Assembly (NCBI GenBank): GCA_965140585.1
Contig: OZ223264.1
Span: forward strand, 800,001 to 864,000
Source: Spirochaetia bacterium
Lineage (GTDB): Bacteria; Spirochaetota; Spirochaetia; UBA9216
Length of the DNA: 64,000 bases
Direction of reading: 5' to 3'
The first letter of the stretch is position 1; each line of letters opens with the position of its first letter. A model generated the notes under the pieces. The model was not told the origin of the DNA. It saw only the letters and a program-made list of their open reading frames with translations, and ran no database searches. The translations under genes were made by a program, and so were the position numbers. This document shows, piece by piece, positions 51,244 through 60,777 of this stretch.

Positions 51244-52167
51244 ATGGGCAATATCTTATCTTCTGTTTTCAGCGTGGTACCGATTTTCATCCTGATAATT
51301 TTCGGGATAATTCTCCGGCGTTTCAATTTTCTGAATGATGATTTTATTAAAAAATCCAATAAGATAATTTTTACATTTGCACTGCCGGCGACCCTTTTTC
51401 AGAAGATGCGCTCTATTGAATCAGTACCATCCGAACTGCTTGGGGGGATTGGTGTCTTTCTTGCTGCAACCATCACCACAGTTTTTGTAACATGGCTCAT
51501 CCTTCGTAGATACGAGCACCCTATGAGGGCAAGTGCACTGCAGGGGGCATTCCGCAGCAATGTTGCTATTGTAGGCCTTGCAGTTGTGCAGAATCTGCTG
51601 TCTGATTCCGGTGTTGCTGTGGCCATCGTAATTATAGCTTTTACTATGCCTGTTTATAATATACTTTGTATCATTGTTCTTGGGGATCACTCAGAACAGA
51701 AACCGTATCAGATTGTATTGAATGTAATTATAAAATTAATAAAAAATCCGCTGTTTTTGAGTCTTGCCGCCGGTTTATTGTTTTCGCTGATTAAAATCCC
51801 TGTACATTCGGTGATTGATTCATCGTTGAATTATCTTTCCAGAATGACTCTGCCGCTTGCACTGCTTTGTGTAGGAGGTTCACTTCAGCTTTCCAGCCTT
51901 ATTCATGGCAGGGTTTTATGGGGTGTAAGTTCATTCATGAAGCTTGTTCTTCTTCCGCTGCTTGTCTTTACTGCCTGCAGGCTTCTGAACTATTCGAATG
52001 AAATGACAGCTGTTCTTGTGCTTCTCGCAGGCAACCCGACTGCAGTTTCAACCTTTGCAATGGCAGACGGGTTCGGGGCTGATACAAGGCTTGCGGGTGA
52101 AATAATATCGGTGACAACTATTTTTTCTATAATCACCATGTCGCTCTGGATTGTAGTTTTAATCTGA
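51244..52167 (+). CDS. AEC (auxin efflux carrier) family transporter
   Basis: About 10 TM segments, ALPATLF, FRSNVAIVGL, KNPL, PLALLCVG, PTAV. Confidence 0.9.
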   Translation: MGNILSSVFSVVPIFILIIFGIILRRFNFLNDDFIKKSNKIIFTFALPATLFQKMRSIESVPSELLGGIGVFLAATITTVFVTWLILRRYEHPMRASALQGAFRSNVAIVGLAVVQNLLSDSGVAVAIVIIAFTMPVYNILCIIVLGDHSEQKPYQIVLNVIIKLIKNPLFLSLAAGLLFSLIKIPVHSVIDSSLNYLSRMTLPLALLCVGGSLQLSSLIHGRVLWGVSSFMKLVLLPLLVFTACRLLNYSNEMTAVLVLLAGNPTAVSTFAMADGFGADTRLAGEIISVTTIFSIITMSLWIVVLI

Positions 52168-52731
52168 GTCATCGGTCGGCCGCTGTGAGGGCTAAGAGGG
52201 AGCATTCTTTTTACTTCCGCGAGGATATTATTCCAGTCTGTCCGGCTGTCTTCAAGAAGTATTCCCAGCGGCTCAGTATATTCATGAAATAAGCTGAAAA
52301 ACTTATTAACCGTCTGATTAAAGCTTGTTTCAAGAGCCTCTCCTGTGACCGGGTTTTTATAAGTTATGAGTCCATTCACAAAAGCTTCCTTAAGTCCCTC
52401 CGCAGCCTTCTTCCCGTAAAGCAAATGTTTCACGCGTACACTCAATCTGTGAATAGAATTCCTGATATGTACGGGAATGAGTTCAGGATAAACCATCTAA
52501 GACGGATATCTATTTCAGTTTCCAGTGCTATGTCCATCCTTCGATGCTATTAACTGTTTTCTTTCCGGTACCGTGCTTATAATTGAAAACGGAATCTGGA
52601 ACCATTGCCCCGGTCATAAAGATATTAGGACTCGATTCAATGAGCTTTGAAAGCTGTTTAAGTTCCTTACGTGATTTAAGATATTCTCTCAGTCTGAAGT
52701 TAAGATAAATATGAGATGATTCCTTGGGCAA
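52165..52731 (-). pseudogene. Degraded zinc-dependent phospholipase C family gene
   Basis: MPKESSH..GAMVPDSVF N-terminus, then ALETEID in another frame and YKNPVTGE in the downstream ORF. Fragmented and short. Confidence 0.55.
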
Positions 52732-52755
52732 AACAGGCCTCCTGCGGCAATTGTA

Positions 52756-54606
52756 TTATCTGAGTTCTGAACGGATATATTCGGTTTCTTTTACCGAAAT
52801 ACCATAATAATCATATAATATATCTTCTGTATTACTCTGCCCAGGATTAAGAAGCTTCCTGCCCTGCTCAATAGCTTCGGGTTCAGGTAACGGCAACGCT
52901 TCAAGATTTTTACGAAGAACTTTCAGGGCATTAAAACGCTTCTGGTAGATGAAATTATATAGGTCTGTATTAAATATTTCAGTCAGTAATCTGCAGCTGA
53001 TAAATGACTCATCCGGGATGATTATATTTGCGCTGTTCAGTGTCAGGCTGCTGCATGTATCAACTGCGCATATCAGTTTTTTTGAAATGAAACGATACAC
53101 AATTTTTTCGGGTTTCCTGTAAAGTTCTTCTGCAGCGGCCTGCTGAAGCCTGTCTTTTTCGAAAATTATAAATTTGGATGCTGGTTTTATAAATCCGGGA
53201 TAAATATCAGACCCTGTTATTACCGGTTCTGCATTATCGGATTCTCTGCTGCGAAGATACCTGCGGTTATCACCGGTAACAATACCAAGTGCCCATTCTG
53301 CATTCCCTGTAAGTGTCTCCGCGGCTTTTTTCTCAATCTTTTGAATTATGGCGGAATCTTCTGATTTCAGGTAAAAATCAAAGATATAATCTGCATTTCC
53401 AAGATACCTGCTGCTTTGAGCATTTCTTTCCGGGATTGTTTTTTTTCTGAACTCGAGACTAACCACCGATGTAAAAACATTTTTAAATATGCGGCCGTGA
53501 TTTATTATTGAAGTTATTTCAGCATTCTCAAGTATCTCTTTTCTGGCAGTTTTATGCTTTTTTATATTAGTAACAGATTCTGGTAAAAGCATTGAGACCA
53601 TGCCTCCCTCAGAGACAAGACGGCAGCTGAGTTTGAGGAAACTTGAAAAACTGTCTTCACCTTTGCTCTGTTTAAGCTCGGCGCCCCAGGGCGGGTTTGT
53701 TACTATAATATCCGGTTTGCTGCCGATAAGCTCATGCATTTTTTGGGCTGTCATCTCTAGCGCATCAGTGCAAATAATCTTCGGAGAGAAATCAATTTCA
53801 GGAAATCTTGCCATCAGGTTGGCTTTCGCTATCCTGACGGCTATGGGGTCTGAATCAAATCCGATTATATTTTCAGGTGATGCACCTGCCTCTGCAAACG
53901 ACAGCAGAAACTGTCCGGAACCGCAGCATGGATCCAGAAACAGTAGCTTTTCTGCTGTATTTCCTTTGTCTGCTTTTAACCCTGCAACAGCAGATGATGT
54001 CATTTCTTCTGCTGTGATTCCGGGTGTATAGAAAGAGCCTTTAACAGCCATTTCCCCTCGCTGCAGCATTGCCTGATAGATACAGCCTGCCGGATCTTCT
54101 ATCTGTAGCTCCGGGATCATATGAAGGTAAGAAGAGAACGGGATTGTTGTCAGAGCTGTTTCGGCATACCAGGATGAGATGAACGCTTTGACAGCAGGAT
54201 GCCGGAACTCAGTTTCAATGTAGCCCCGGAGATTTCCGTCTGCTGCCATATTAATAAGTCCGGCTTTCTGAAGCTGTTTCAGTACTGCAGTAAAAATCAC
54301 TGTGTTAAGATCTGTATCATCGGGGGGGCACTTCTTTAAAAAAGCTTTCAGAGCAGCCGCGTCAGTTTTCTGCAGAATATGCCCGGAGGGATTGGTTGTC
54401 CCGGAAGCCTGTTTTTTATTTGCCCTGCTGCTGAGTCTGCTGACAGTTCCGTTTTTGATGCTCTTCAGCAGTTCATTCACTTCGGAAGCCGCAAATTTGC
54501 CGTCCATTCTAACCAGAAGACTATGTTTTTCCCAGTTTTTTATACTGGCTTTTGTAATCCCGAGTATCTCAGCTGTTTCTTCTGCGGAAATAAGTTCATC
54601 GTTCAT
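52756..54606 (-). CDS. N6-adenine DNA methyltransferase (TaqI-like, gamma class) with N-terminal HTH
   Basis: GSFYTP, motif I LDPCCGSGQFL, motif IV TNPPW, ALGIVTGDN and KIVYRFIS..LTLNSAN TaqI-C-like TRD. N-terminal ETAEILGITKASIKNWEK HTH. Confidence 0.88.
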   Translation of the reverse strand: MNDELISAEETAEILGITKASIKNWEKHSLLVRMDGKFAASEVNELLKSIKNGTVSRLSSRANKKQASGTTNPSGHILQKTDAAALKAFLKKCPPDDTDLNTVIFTAVLKQLQKAGLINMAADGNLRGYIETEFRHPAVKAFISSWYAETALTTIPFSSYLHMIPELQIEDPAGCIYQAMLQRGEMAVKGSFYTPGITAEEMTSSAVAGLKADKGNTAEKLLFLDPCCGSGQFLLSFAEAGASPENIIGFDSDPIAVRIAKANLMARFPEIDFSPKIICTDALEMTAQKMHELIGSKPDIIVTNPPWGAELKQSKGEDSFSSFLKLSCRLVSEGGMVSMLLPESVTNIKKHKTARKEILENAEITSIINHGRIFKNVFTSVVSLEFRKKTIPERNAQSSRYLGNADYIFDFYLKSEDSAIIQKIEKKAAETLTGNAEWALGIVTGDNRRYLRSRESDNAEPVITGSDIYPGFIKPASKFIIFEKDRLQQAAAEELYRKPEKIVYRFISKKLICAVDTCSSLTLNSANIIIPDESFISCRLLTEIFNTDLYNFIYQKRFNALKVLRKNLEALPLPEPEAIEQGRKLLNPGQSNTEDILYDYYGISVKETEYIRSELR

Positions 54607-54783
54607 AGATTAATATTCAGGAATAATATCATTTTTACCTGAGGGTGTAAAATCAGGTTCAAAATTAAATTTCATGGATAACAATTAAGAAAGATCAGGG
54701 TCTTTAGATCCATGGAGGCATCTATTTGCTTTTAGAGCTTGATCTGTTAAATGATAAACAATATTATGAATTGATATTAATAT

Positions 54784-55455
54784 ATGGCTGAATACGAATC
54801 CGGTAAAATTACCAAGTTAAAAATCCTAAATGCATATAAGCAATTGTTTTACCTTCAGGGATATAAAAAAACCACATACAAGGATGTTTTTAATCTTACC
54901 GGATTGAATCAAGGGCTTATCACATACCATTACAAGTCAAAACGAGCAATAGCCGGTCAAATTCATACTGAATTCAGAATAAACATCAAGAACACTGTAA
55001 AACAATATTTTCAATCTAAAAGTATAAAGTACGATCTTCGTGTAGCATCGGCTTTGGAACAGATTATTTATAGTCAAATAAAATTTAGTGATGAAAATTT
55101 GAAACGTTTTGTATATGAAATTTCCATGGAAGGTATTTTTATGGAATATGAAATTTCCGAATTAAAATTTTTTTGGGACTTACATGTAAAAGAGTATAAT
55201 CTGGATTTAAGTGATTCTGAAATAAGAATGATTCAGGTAGAGAATTCTTCCGTAACATGGGGAATAACAACCAAGATGATTGAAGGGTATCTTGATATTT
55301 CAAAAGATGAGTATGCTGATCTTAGAACAAGACTTATGTACAGATCCATGGGGCTTTCTGATCAGGAAATTGATAAAATACTGGAAGAAAGCTATTTGCA
55401 TTACGGTCAGATAGATATTTCTTTGGTCGAATTTTTTAGAATTAGTATAAATTGA
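54784..55455 (+). CDS. TetR/AcrR family transcriptional regulator
   Basis: TKLKILNAYKQLFYLQGYKKTT..GLITYHYKSK TetR HTH. AT-rich. Confidence 0.85.
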   Translation: MAEYESGKITKLKILNAYKQLFYLQGYKKTTYKDVFNLTGLNQGLITYHYKSKRAIAGQIHTEFRINIKNTVKQYFQSKSIKYDLRVASALEQIIYSQIKFSDENLKRFVYEISMEGIFMEYEISELKFFWDLHVKEYNLDLSDSEIRMIQVENSSVTWGITTKMIEGYLDISKDEYADLRTRLMYRSMGLSDQEIDKILEESYLHYGQIDISLVEFFRISIN

Positions 55456-55485
55456 AGTAAATTTTTTTCTCCATAGATTATGTAT

Positions 55486-55581
55486 ACATAAATTTAGGTA
55501 AACATAAATTTATGTGTTGACAAAATAGAATTCCCAATGAGATAATTTTCTAAATATAAAACAAAGAATCCCAATTAGGGA
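55486..55581 (+). promoter_or_regulatory. Promoter with tandem palindromic operators upstream of the isomerase
   Basis: ACATAAATTTAGGT (55486-55499), perfect palindrome ACATAAATTTATGT (55502-55515), TTGACA (55517)-18-GATAAT, and TCCCAAT present twice. Confidence 0.6.
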
Positions 55582-55597
55582 AAAGGATGAGAGAGGA

Positions 55598-57145
55598 ATG
55601 TATATAAAAAAAACCAATGGAATTAAGCTGAATGTCAAACCTGTATTTATTGCTTTTTATCATGAATATGTATTTGAAGGGCCTTGTCGTTTCGGAATGG
55701 AAGAAGAACTTACAAAAGAATATGATATGAAGGGCAGCGCTGCGGCATACAAGAAGTTTCAGGAAGAACTTGAACAGTATATGCCTGAAGGAGTAAATGT
55801 TCTTGCTCCCGTATATGTGGAGAGAAACGAGGAACTCCGGATACAGGAAGATCTTCTTGAGAAAATCGGCGAAGGTAGTGATGAAGCGGATGTTTATCTG
55901 TTCGGTGAAAAGGGCCGCGGATACGATATCATCGTAGAATTTGCACAGCGCTACGGAAAGCCCATCATGTTCACAGAAAACCCGTTATATAATTCAATAA
56001 CTGGTGCAGCTCTGCTTGCAAGGGGCCTTGAGGCATATCCAACAATGACCTGGGAAGATACTGTTGAAACTCTGAAGGTTTTACGGGTAAGAAAAGTTCT
56101 AAAAGAGACGAGGGTTTTGCTTGCTCCAAGAGAGAATTCAAACATTTCTTTCAGCACGACCGATTCTTTTTTATCACTTGAAGATGTTACTGCAAAGCTG
56201 GGCATCAGGTTTAGGTATATTAATGCACATGAACTGCTGGATCAGTTGCATGATAGCGACCCGGAAAACAATTATACTCTGCCCAGAAAGAAAGGCTTGA
56301 ATCCTACATCGGAAGATCTGAAGGAGATCGGCAAGATCACTGATGATTTTATTGCGGGCGCTGTGGAGTGCGATATGAAACGGGATGATGTATTTAAATC
56401 TGTTAATGCATTTCATACCGTAAAAAGACTTATGGCCGATAATCAATGCAGCGCCTTCTCTATGCCCTGTCCGGATGTTTGTGCAACCAGGCGTTTGAAT
56501 CAGGAAGAGATCACTTTCTGCCTGACTCATTCGTTGCTAAATGAAGAAGGGATTCCATCATCATGTGAATATGATATCCCGGCGCTTCTTTCTCTGATAG
56601 TGCTTATGAATTTCTCCGATTCGGCGCCGTATATGGGAAATACAGTTCCCATGATGATAAAAGATGGTAAGCGCCAATTGGGAACTTCACACCTATTCAG
56701 ATCCAGGGAATCGCTTGAAGTTGATATTCCAAATCTTGGAGATACTGCTAATGTTATTCTTACCTTTCATGCTGTTCCTAACCGTAAAATGAAGGGATTT
56801 GATAAAGTCCCCGGTCCTTATGCAATCAGGCCTTTTGCCAGGGCAGGTAAATGGGGTGCAACAATACGCTATGACTTTAATAAAGACAAAGGCCAGGTGA
56901 TAACCATGTGCCGTTTCGACCCGTCATGCAGAAAATTGTTTCTTGCAAAAGGCACCATAGTCGGCGGAATAGGCTATCATGATGAAAACTGCAGTGAAGG
57001 GGTATTTTTTACGGTAAAAGACGATAAAGATTTCTACAATAAGCAGGTTGCATTTGGTAATCATGTTCCGCTTGTTTATGGAGACTACTTTTCTCAGGTA
57101 AAAAGGTTAGGTGAAATTCTTGGGCTTGAAGTCGTGACTTCCTAA
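55598..57145 (+). CDS. L-fucose/L-arabinose isomerase family protein
   Basis: FCLTHSLLNEEGIPSSCEYD metal-binding CExD, PYMGN, FHAV, FGNH..LVYGD C-terminal domain. Confidence 0.8.
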   Translation: MYIKKTNGIKLNVKPVFIAFYHEYVFEGPCRFGMEEELTKEYDMKGSAAAYKKFQEELEQYMPEGVNVLAPVYVERNEELRIQEDLLEKIGEGSDEADVYLFGEKGRGYDIIVEFAQRYGKPIMFTENPLYNSITGAALLARGLEAYPTMTWEDTVETLKVLRVRKVLKETRVLLAPRENSNISFSTTDSFLSLEDVTAKLGIRFRYINAHELLDQLHDSDPENNYTLPRKKGLNPTSEDLKEIGKITDDFIAGAVECDMKRDDVFKSVNAFHTVKRLMADNQCSAFSMPCPDVCATRRLNQEEITFCLTHSLLNEEGIPSSCEYDIPALLSLIVLMNFSDSAPYMGNTVPMMIKDGKRQLGTSHLFRSRESLEVDIPNLGDTANVILTFHAVPNRKMKGFDKVPGPYAIRPFARAGKWGATIRYDFNKDKGQVITMCRFDPSCRKLFLAKGTIVGGIGYHDENCSEGVFFTVKDDKDFYNKQVAFGNHVPLVYGDYFSQVKRLGEILGLEVVTS

Positions 57146-57170
57146 ATCCTGTTATTGATAAGGGGCTGAC

Positions 57171-57310
57171 TTAATAATCGCAGGATCATGGAACCTCTGT
57201 GATATTTTTCTCCCAAAGAATTTGAAATGATGTATTATGAACAGGAAGAAAGTCTGGCTGTAAGTGCCGGACTCAAATAAAACCGTCTCCGGGATTCTCG
57301 GGGCGGTTCA
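57171..57310 (+). mobile_element. IS3-family (IS629/IS51-like) right-end remnant
   Basis: OrfB tail NNRRIMEPL*YFSPKEFEMMYY..., then terminal IR whose reverse complement is TGAACCGCCCCGAGAATCCCGGAGAC (57285-57310). Confidence 0.75.
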
Positions 57311-57417
57311 ATTGCGTTTCTTTTGAATTTCGCGTCATACCGACGTCTCTTTTTCTCACTAATAGTTAATATCTCATTCTATTTGAATTTGGTCTTAACT
57401 ACACTCCGGAGAATCGA
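57311..57417 (-). mobile_element. IS3-family left-end remnant (OrfA N-terminus)
   Basis: Minus strand encodes SEKKRRRYDAKFKRNA (HTH_Tnp_1-like start) and is cut exactly at the neighbouring IS end. Confidence 0.55.
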
Positions 57418-57548
57418 GGCAGGAGCAACCTCAACTTATAATACCAATTTAAATGTTTAGAATTGTGAAAAATCATATACTGTATAACTTCACATGGACT
57501 TTCCTCATTATGATATTATATGTAAGTTATTCATAGTCATAAAATTTA

Positions 57549-58737
57549 GGACGCCTCTAAAAACTAAAGGAATTTCAAAAGATTCAAAATCTGATATTCT
57601 ATTACTTTGGGAGGAATAAATGTCAAAGCAGAAAGGTTTTTTCATAGAAGATTTAAGACTATCAGAATTATCACAGCACGGAGATCCCTTGCAGAGATTG
57701 AGTGCAATGATTCCATGGGAAAACTTTCGGCATAAATTAAATCGTATCTTTGTAAAAGAAGCAAAAGGCCCTGGAGGAATACCTCCATACGATTATGTGA
57801 TGATGTTTAAAATCCTCGTATTGCAGAGAATTTATAATCTATCCGATTCGCAAATGCAGTACCAGATCATGGATCGATTATCATTTATGAGATTTCTCGG
57901 TTTGAATCTTGATGACAAAGTACCCGATGAAAAAACAATCTGGCACTTTAGAGAAGAACTTGTTGAATCAAGGAAACTTGAAATACTATTTGAACAGTTC
58001 AGGAATTATCTGATAAAAGAAGGAATACTGCTTGAGTCGGGGACAATTGTCGATGCTTCTTTTGTTGAAGTACCAAAACAAAGAAATAATAAAGATGAAA
58101 ATAAAGAGATAAAAGAGGGCGAAACTCCTAAAGAGTGGTCAGACAATAAATTAAGACAAAAAGATGTGGATGCAAGATGGGTAACAAAAGGCGGGCAACG
58201 CCATTATGGCTACAAAAATCACATAAAAATTTATCGTAAATCCAAGCTTATTAAAAATTATGTAGTAACCAGTGCTGCAGTTCATGACTCGCAAGTAATA
58301 GAAGGAATTTTAGAAGAAGCTGATTCGCATCATGAATTATATGCTGATAGTGCTTATTGCGGAGCTCCAATAAAAGAAATATTGTCGGAATTGAAAATTA
58401 GAAACCGGATACATGAAAAAGGTTATCGAAATAGCCCGTTGACTGAGAAACAAAAAGAGCGGAATCGAAAAAAGTCGAAGACGCGGGCGAGAGTAGAACA
58501 TGTATATGGATTTATGGTTAATTCGATGCAAGGTGATTTTATCAGGTACATAGGTCAGAAAAGAGCTGAAGCAGTGATAGGATTAAGTAACCTTGTTTAT
58601 AATATGATGAGGTATATCTATATATGTCCTGCTTGACGGTGGGATGATTGAATGAAGGCTGTATCGGCTGGCTGGTACAATGATAAAAAGGCTGCAGATG
58701 TTTTATGCAGCATAGCTGAAGGTTTTTAGAGGCGTCC
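57549..58737 (+). mobile_element. IS5-family insertion sequence, apparently intact
   Basis: Perfect 16-bp terminal IR GGACGCCTCTAAAAAC. TTA target duplication at 57546-57548 and 58738-58740. Single transposase ORF. Confidence 0.93.
57620..58636 (+). CDS. IS5 family transposase
   Basis: DRLSFMRFLGL..VPDEKTIW; DDE residues in VDASFV, YADSAY and RVEHVYG. Confidence 0.95.
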   Translation: MSKQKGFFIEDLRLSELSQHGDPLQRLSAMIPWENFRHKLNRIFVKEAKGPGGIPPYDYVMMFKILVLQRIYNLSDSQMQYQIMDRLSFMRFLGLNLDDKVPDEKTIWHFREELVESRKLEILFEQFRNYLIKEGILLESGTIVDASFVEVPKQRNNKDENKEIKEGETPKEWSDNKLRQKDVDARWVTKGGQRHYGYKNHIKIYRKSKLIKNYVVTSAAVHDSQVIEGILEEADSHHELYADSAYCGAPIKEILSELKIRNRIHEKGYRNSPLTEKQKERNRKKSKTRARVEHVYGFMVNSMQGDFIRYIGQKRAEAVIGLSNLVYNMMRYIYICPA

Positions 58738-58809
58738 TTAAGTTATAGGCAATAAGCGCTTTAGCTTTTGATAAAAAGAGCCACCTCAGCGGCTTAGATT
58801 GGAGGAAAA

Positions 58810-59214
58810 ATGAAACATTCAGGTTCGTGTCTTTGTGGAAATATTAAATATGAAATAAGAGGAAATTTTGAAAACTTTTTTTTCTGTCACTGTAAATCTT
58901 GTCGTAAAGATACTGGGTCAGTTCATGCTTCAAATCTTTTTTCAACAACTGCAACTTTGAAATGGTTGAAAGGAGAGGAAAAAGTTAAAACGTATAACCA
59001 TAATAATTCAGGACACATAAAGAGCTTTTGTCCTAACTGTGGTTCTGCACTACCTAATATTCAAATGGATGATAAACTACTTGTTGTTCCCGCAGGAAGC
59101 CTAGATTCAGATATAGAGATGGTTCCAACCGGTCACATCTATTTAAATGAAAAAGCTAATTGGGATCACAATCTCGAGATGATTCCCCATTATGAGGATT
59201 TCCCAAAAGAATAA
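58810..59214 (+). CDS. GFA family (glutathione-dependent formaldehyde-activating/CENP-V) protein
   Basis: GSCLCG, CHCKSCRK, FCPNCGS zinc motifs; GGAGG RBS. Confidence 0.92.
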   Translation: MKHSGSCLCGNIKYEIRGNFENFFFCHCKSCRKDTGSVHASNLFSTTATLKWLKGEEKVKTYNHNNSGHIKSFCPNCGSALPNIQMDDKLLVVPAGSLDSDIEMVPTGHIYLNEKANWDHNLEMIPHYEDFPKE

Positions 59215-59300
59215 AATGCGTAGAAAACCTGAATTTATCAGAAGTCGAGCATTGTTAACCGGCATGGCTCATTACATTACAACATACCAGCGCTTATTGC

Positions 59301-59388
59301 CAATAACAGTGTTTATATGCGGCGCCTACGGCTTGGGCTTCGTCACATTTGCCTACGGCAAACGTCACATAATTCCGGGACGTTAGAT
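59301..59388 (+). repeat. attC-like recombination site (88 bp)
   Basis: R'' CAATAAC, L'' TTATATG, internal hairpin TTTGCC-TAC-GGCAAA, L' CACATAA, R' GTTAGAT (GTTRRRY). Confidence 0.7.
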
Positions 59389-59401
59389 GTAATGTCCCGA
59401 T

Positions 59402-60488
59402 TGTCAAACCAGGACATGGGTAACGATTTAACTTCAAGACATAGGTAACACTTAGCAGGGAATAATTCGTAAAATTCTTCTAAGGAGGATTTTAGAAATG
59501 CCCTGGAAGGAGACTTATGTTATGGAACAGAGAAAAATGTTTGTACTTGAAGCAATGGATCCTCTTTGCAATTTTACTAGGCTTTGCAGCAAATACGGGA
59601 TTTCAACTAAAACCGGATATAAATGGAAAAGCCGATTTATCCAGGAAGGGTTTGTTGGTTTATACGATCAATCAAGAAGACCAGATAATTCCCTTACACA
59701 AATATCTGAAGATGTAATGCTTGAGATAATTAGATTAAAGATCAAAAGGAAACATTGGGGACCAAAGAAGATAAGAGAAGTTTTTAAAAAGAATAACCCA
59801 CAAGAAACTATTCCATGTACAACCAGTGTTGAAAGGATTTTAAGAAAAGCTGGTTTAGTTGAGAAAAGAAAACGGAGAAGAACTGGAAAAGGTGTTCGAA
59901 TACAGGATTCAGCATTAGCAAAGAAGCCCAATGATGTGTGGACGGTTGATTTCAAGGGGTGGTGGTATACCCATGATAAAGAGAAAGTAAATCCATTAAC
60001 CGTAAGAGATGATTATTCAAAATACATTTTATGCATAAGAGCTTTAAGAAAAGGCGATACTCCATCAGTAAAAGCGGAATTTGAAATATGGAGAAAATAG
60101 TACAACAATGAAAGACCGCATGAATCACTGGGGATGAAAACTCCATCAATGGTGTATACAGAATCGGATGAAAAGTATGTTGAAGTGATTGAAGAATTAG
60201 AATACCCAGGCAATTTTCGGATAAGAATGGTAAATGATAGGGGCTTTATAAGCATAAAAAAAAGAATGTTCTTCATAGGAAATCCATTTTCAGGTTATTA
60301 TATAGGAATAAGACCACAGCCAGATGGTCAACAAAATGTTTGGTTTGGGAATTATTATTTAGGATATCTTGATATAGATACAAGTCTACTGAAGCCTGAA
60401 CATGTGGTGAGATTTGAAGAAGGTAATCTTAAAAAACCGTTACCTATGTCTTGAAGGTGTTTTGTTACCCATGTCCTGAAGTTGGACC
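59402..60488 (+). mobile_element. IS481-family element with internal deletion
   Basis: Starts TGTC. Subterminal motifs CAGGACATGGGTAAC and CTTCAAGACATAGGTAAC recur inverted at 60439-60478. Flanking direct repeat (CC)CGAT. Confidence 0.85.
59498..60454 (+). pseudogene. IS481 transposase pseudogene
   Basis: MPWKET..ISTKTGYKW..HWGPKK..PNDVWTVDFKG jumps directly to IWRK*YNNERPHESLGMKTP. The RSDNG and NG..ER segments are missing and there is an in-frame TAG. Confidence 0.85.
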
Positions 60489-60544
60489 CGATTTTATAAC
60501 TAATAGAAAACCTCGCCATCCAGGGTTCGTAGGAAAGAGAGTAA

Positions 60545-60732
60545 ATGAGTAAAAAGAAACAGTCGATTTTGAGAGGGGCCGTGGGATAGTATGAGTTTGT
60601 GATATTGAAAATTCTTCTAAATATTTGAATGATGCAAAGTATGTAGATTACTTAGAGAATTTCTTGATCAGGTTTCATTGGTTTTCTAGAAGAATTGTTG
60701 ATCCGGCCTTCAAAAAACGGACACGTAGTTAA
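60545..60732 (+). pseudogene. Fragment of a probable second cassette gene, class III nucleotidyl-cyclase-like N-terminus
   Basis: With one frameshift it reads MSK.ETVDFERGRGIV*VCDIENSSKYLND..LENFLIRFHW. Confidence 0.35.
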
Positions 60733-60777
60733 GCAACTTAAAAGTCAGTTCCTTGATAGCAAGCTTTTACTGATAAT

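Larger units (their letters stand above)
58742..59388 (+). mobile_element. Integron-type gene cassette carrying a GFA gene
   Basis: Begins GTTATAGGCAATAAGCGCT. The near-perfect reverse complement AGCGCTTATTGCCAATAAC (18/19) lies at 59289-59307 and opens an attC-like site. Confidence 0.7.

Noticed and set aside
51990-52167. Long overlap of ORF 51990-52496 with the AEC transporter
   Set aside because: Read-through of a pseudogene fragment into the antisense strand of the transporter.
59402-60488. Repeated GACAT(G/A)GGTAAC motifs as CRISPR repeats or iterons
   Set aside because: Two copies at each end in inverted orientation are IS481 subterminal repeats. No CRISPR array or cas gene was seen in the window.
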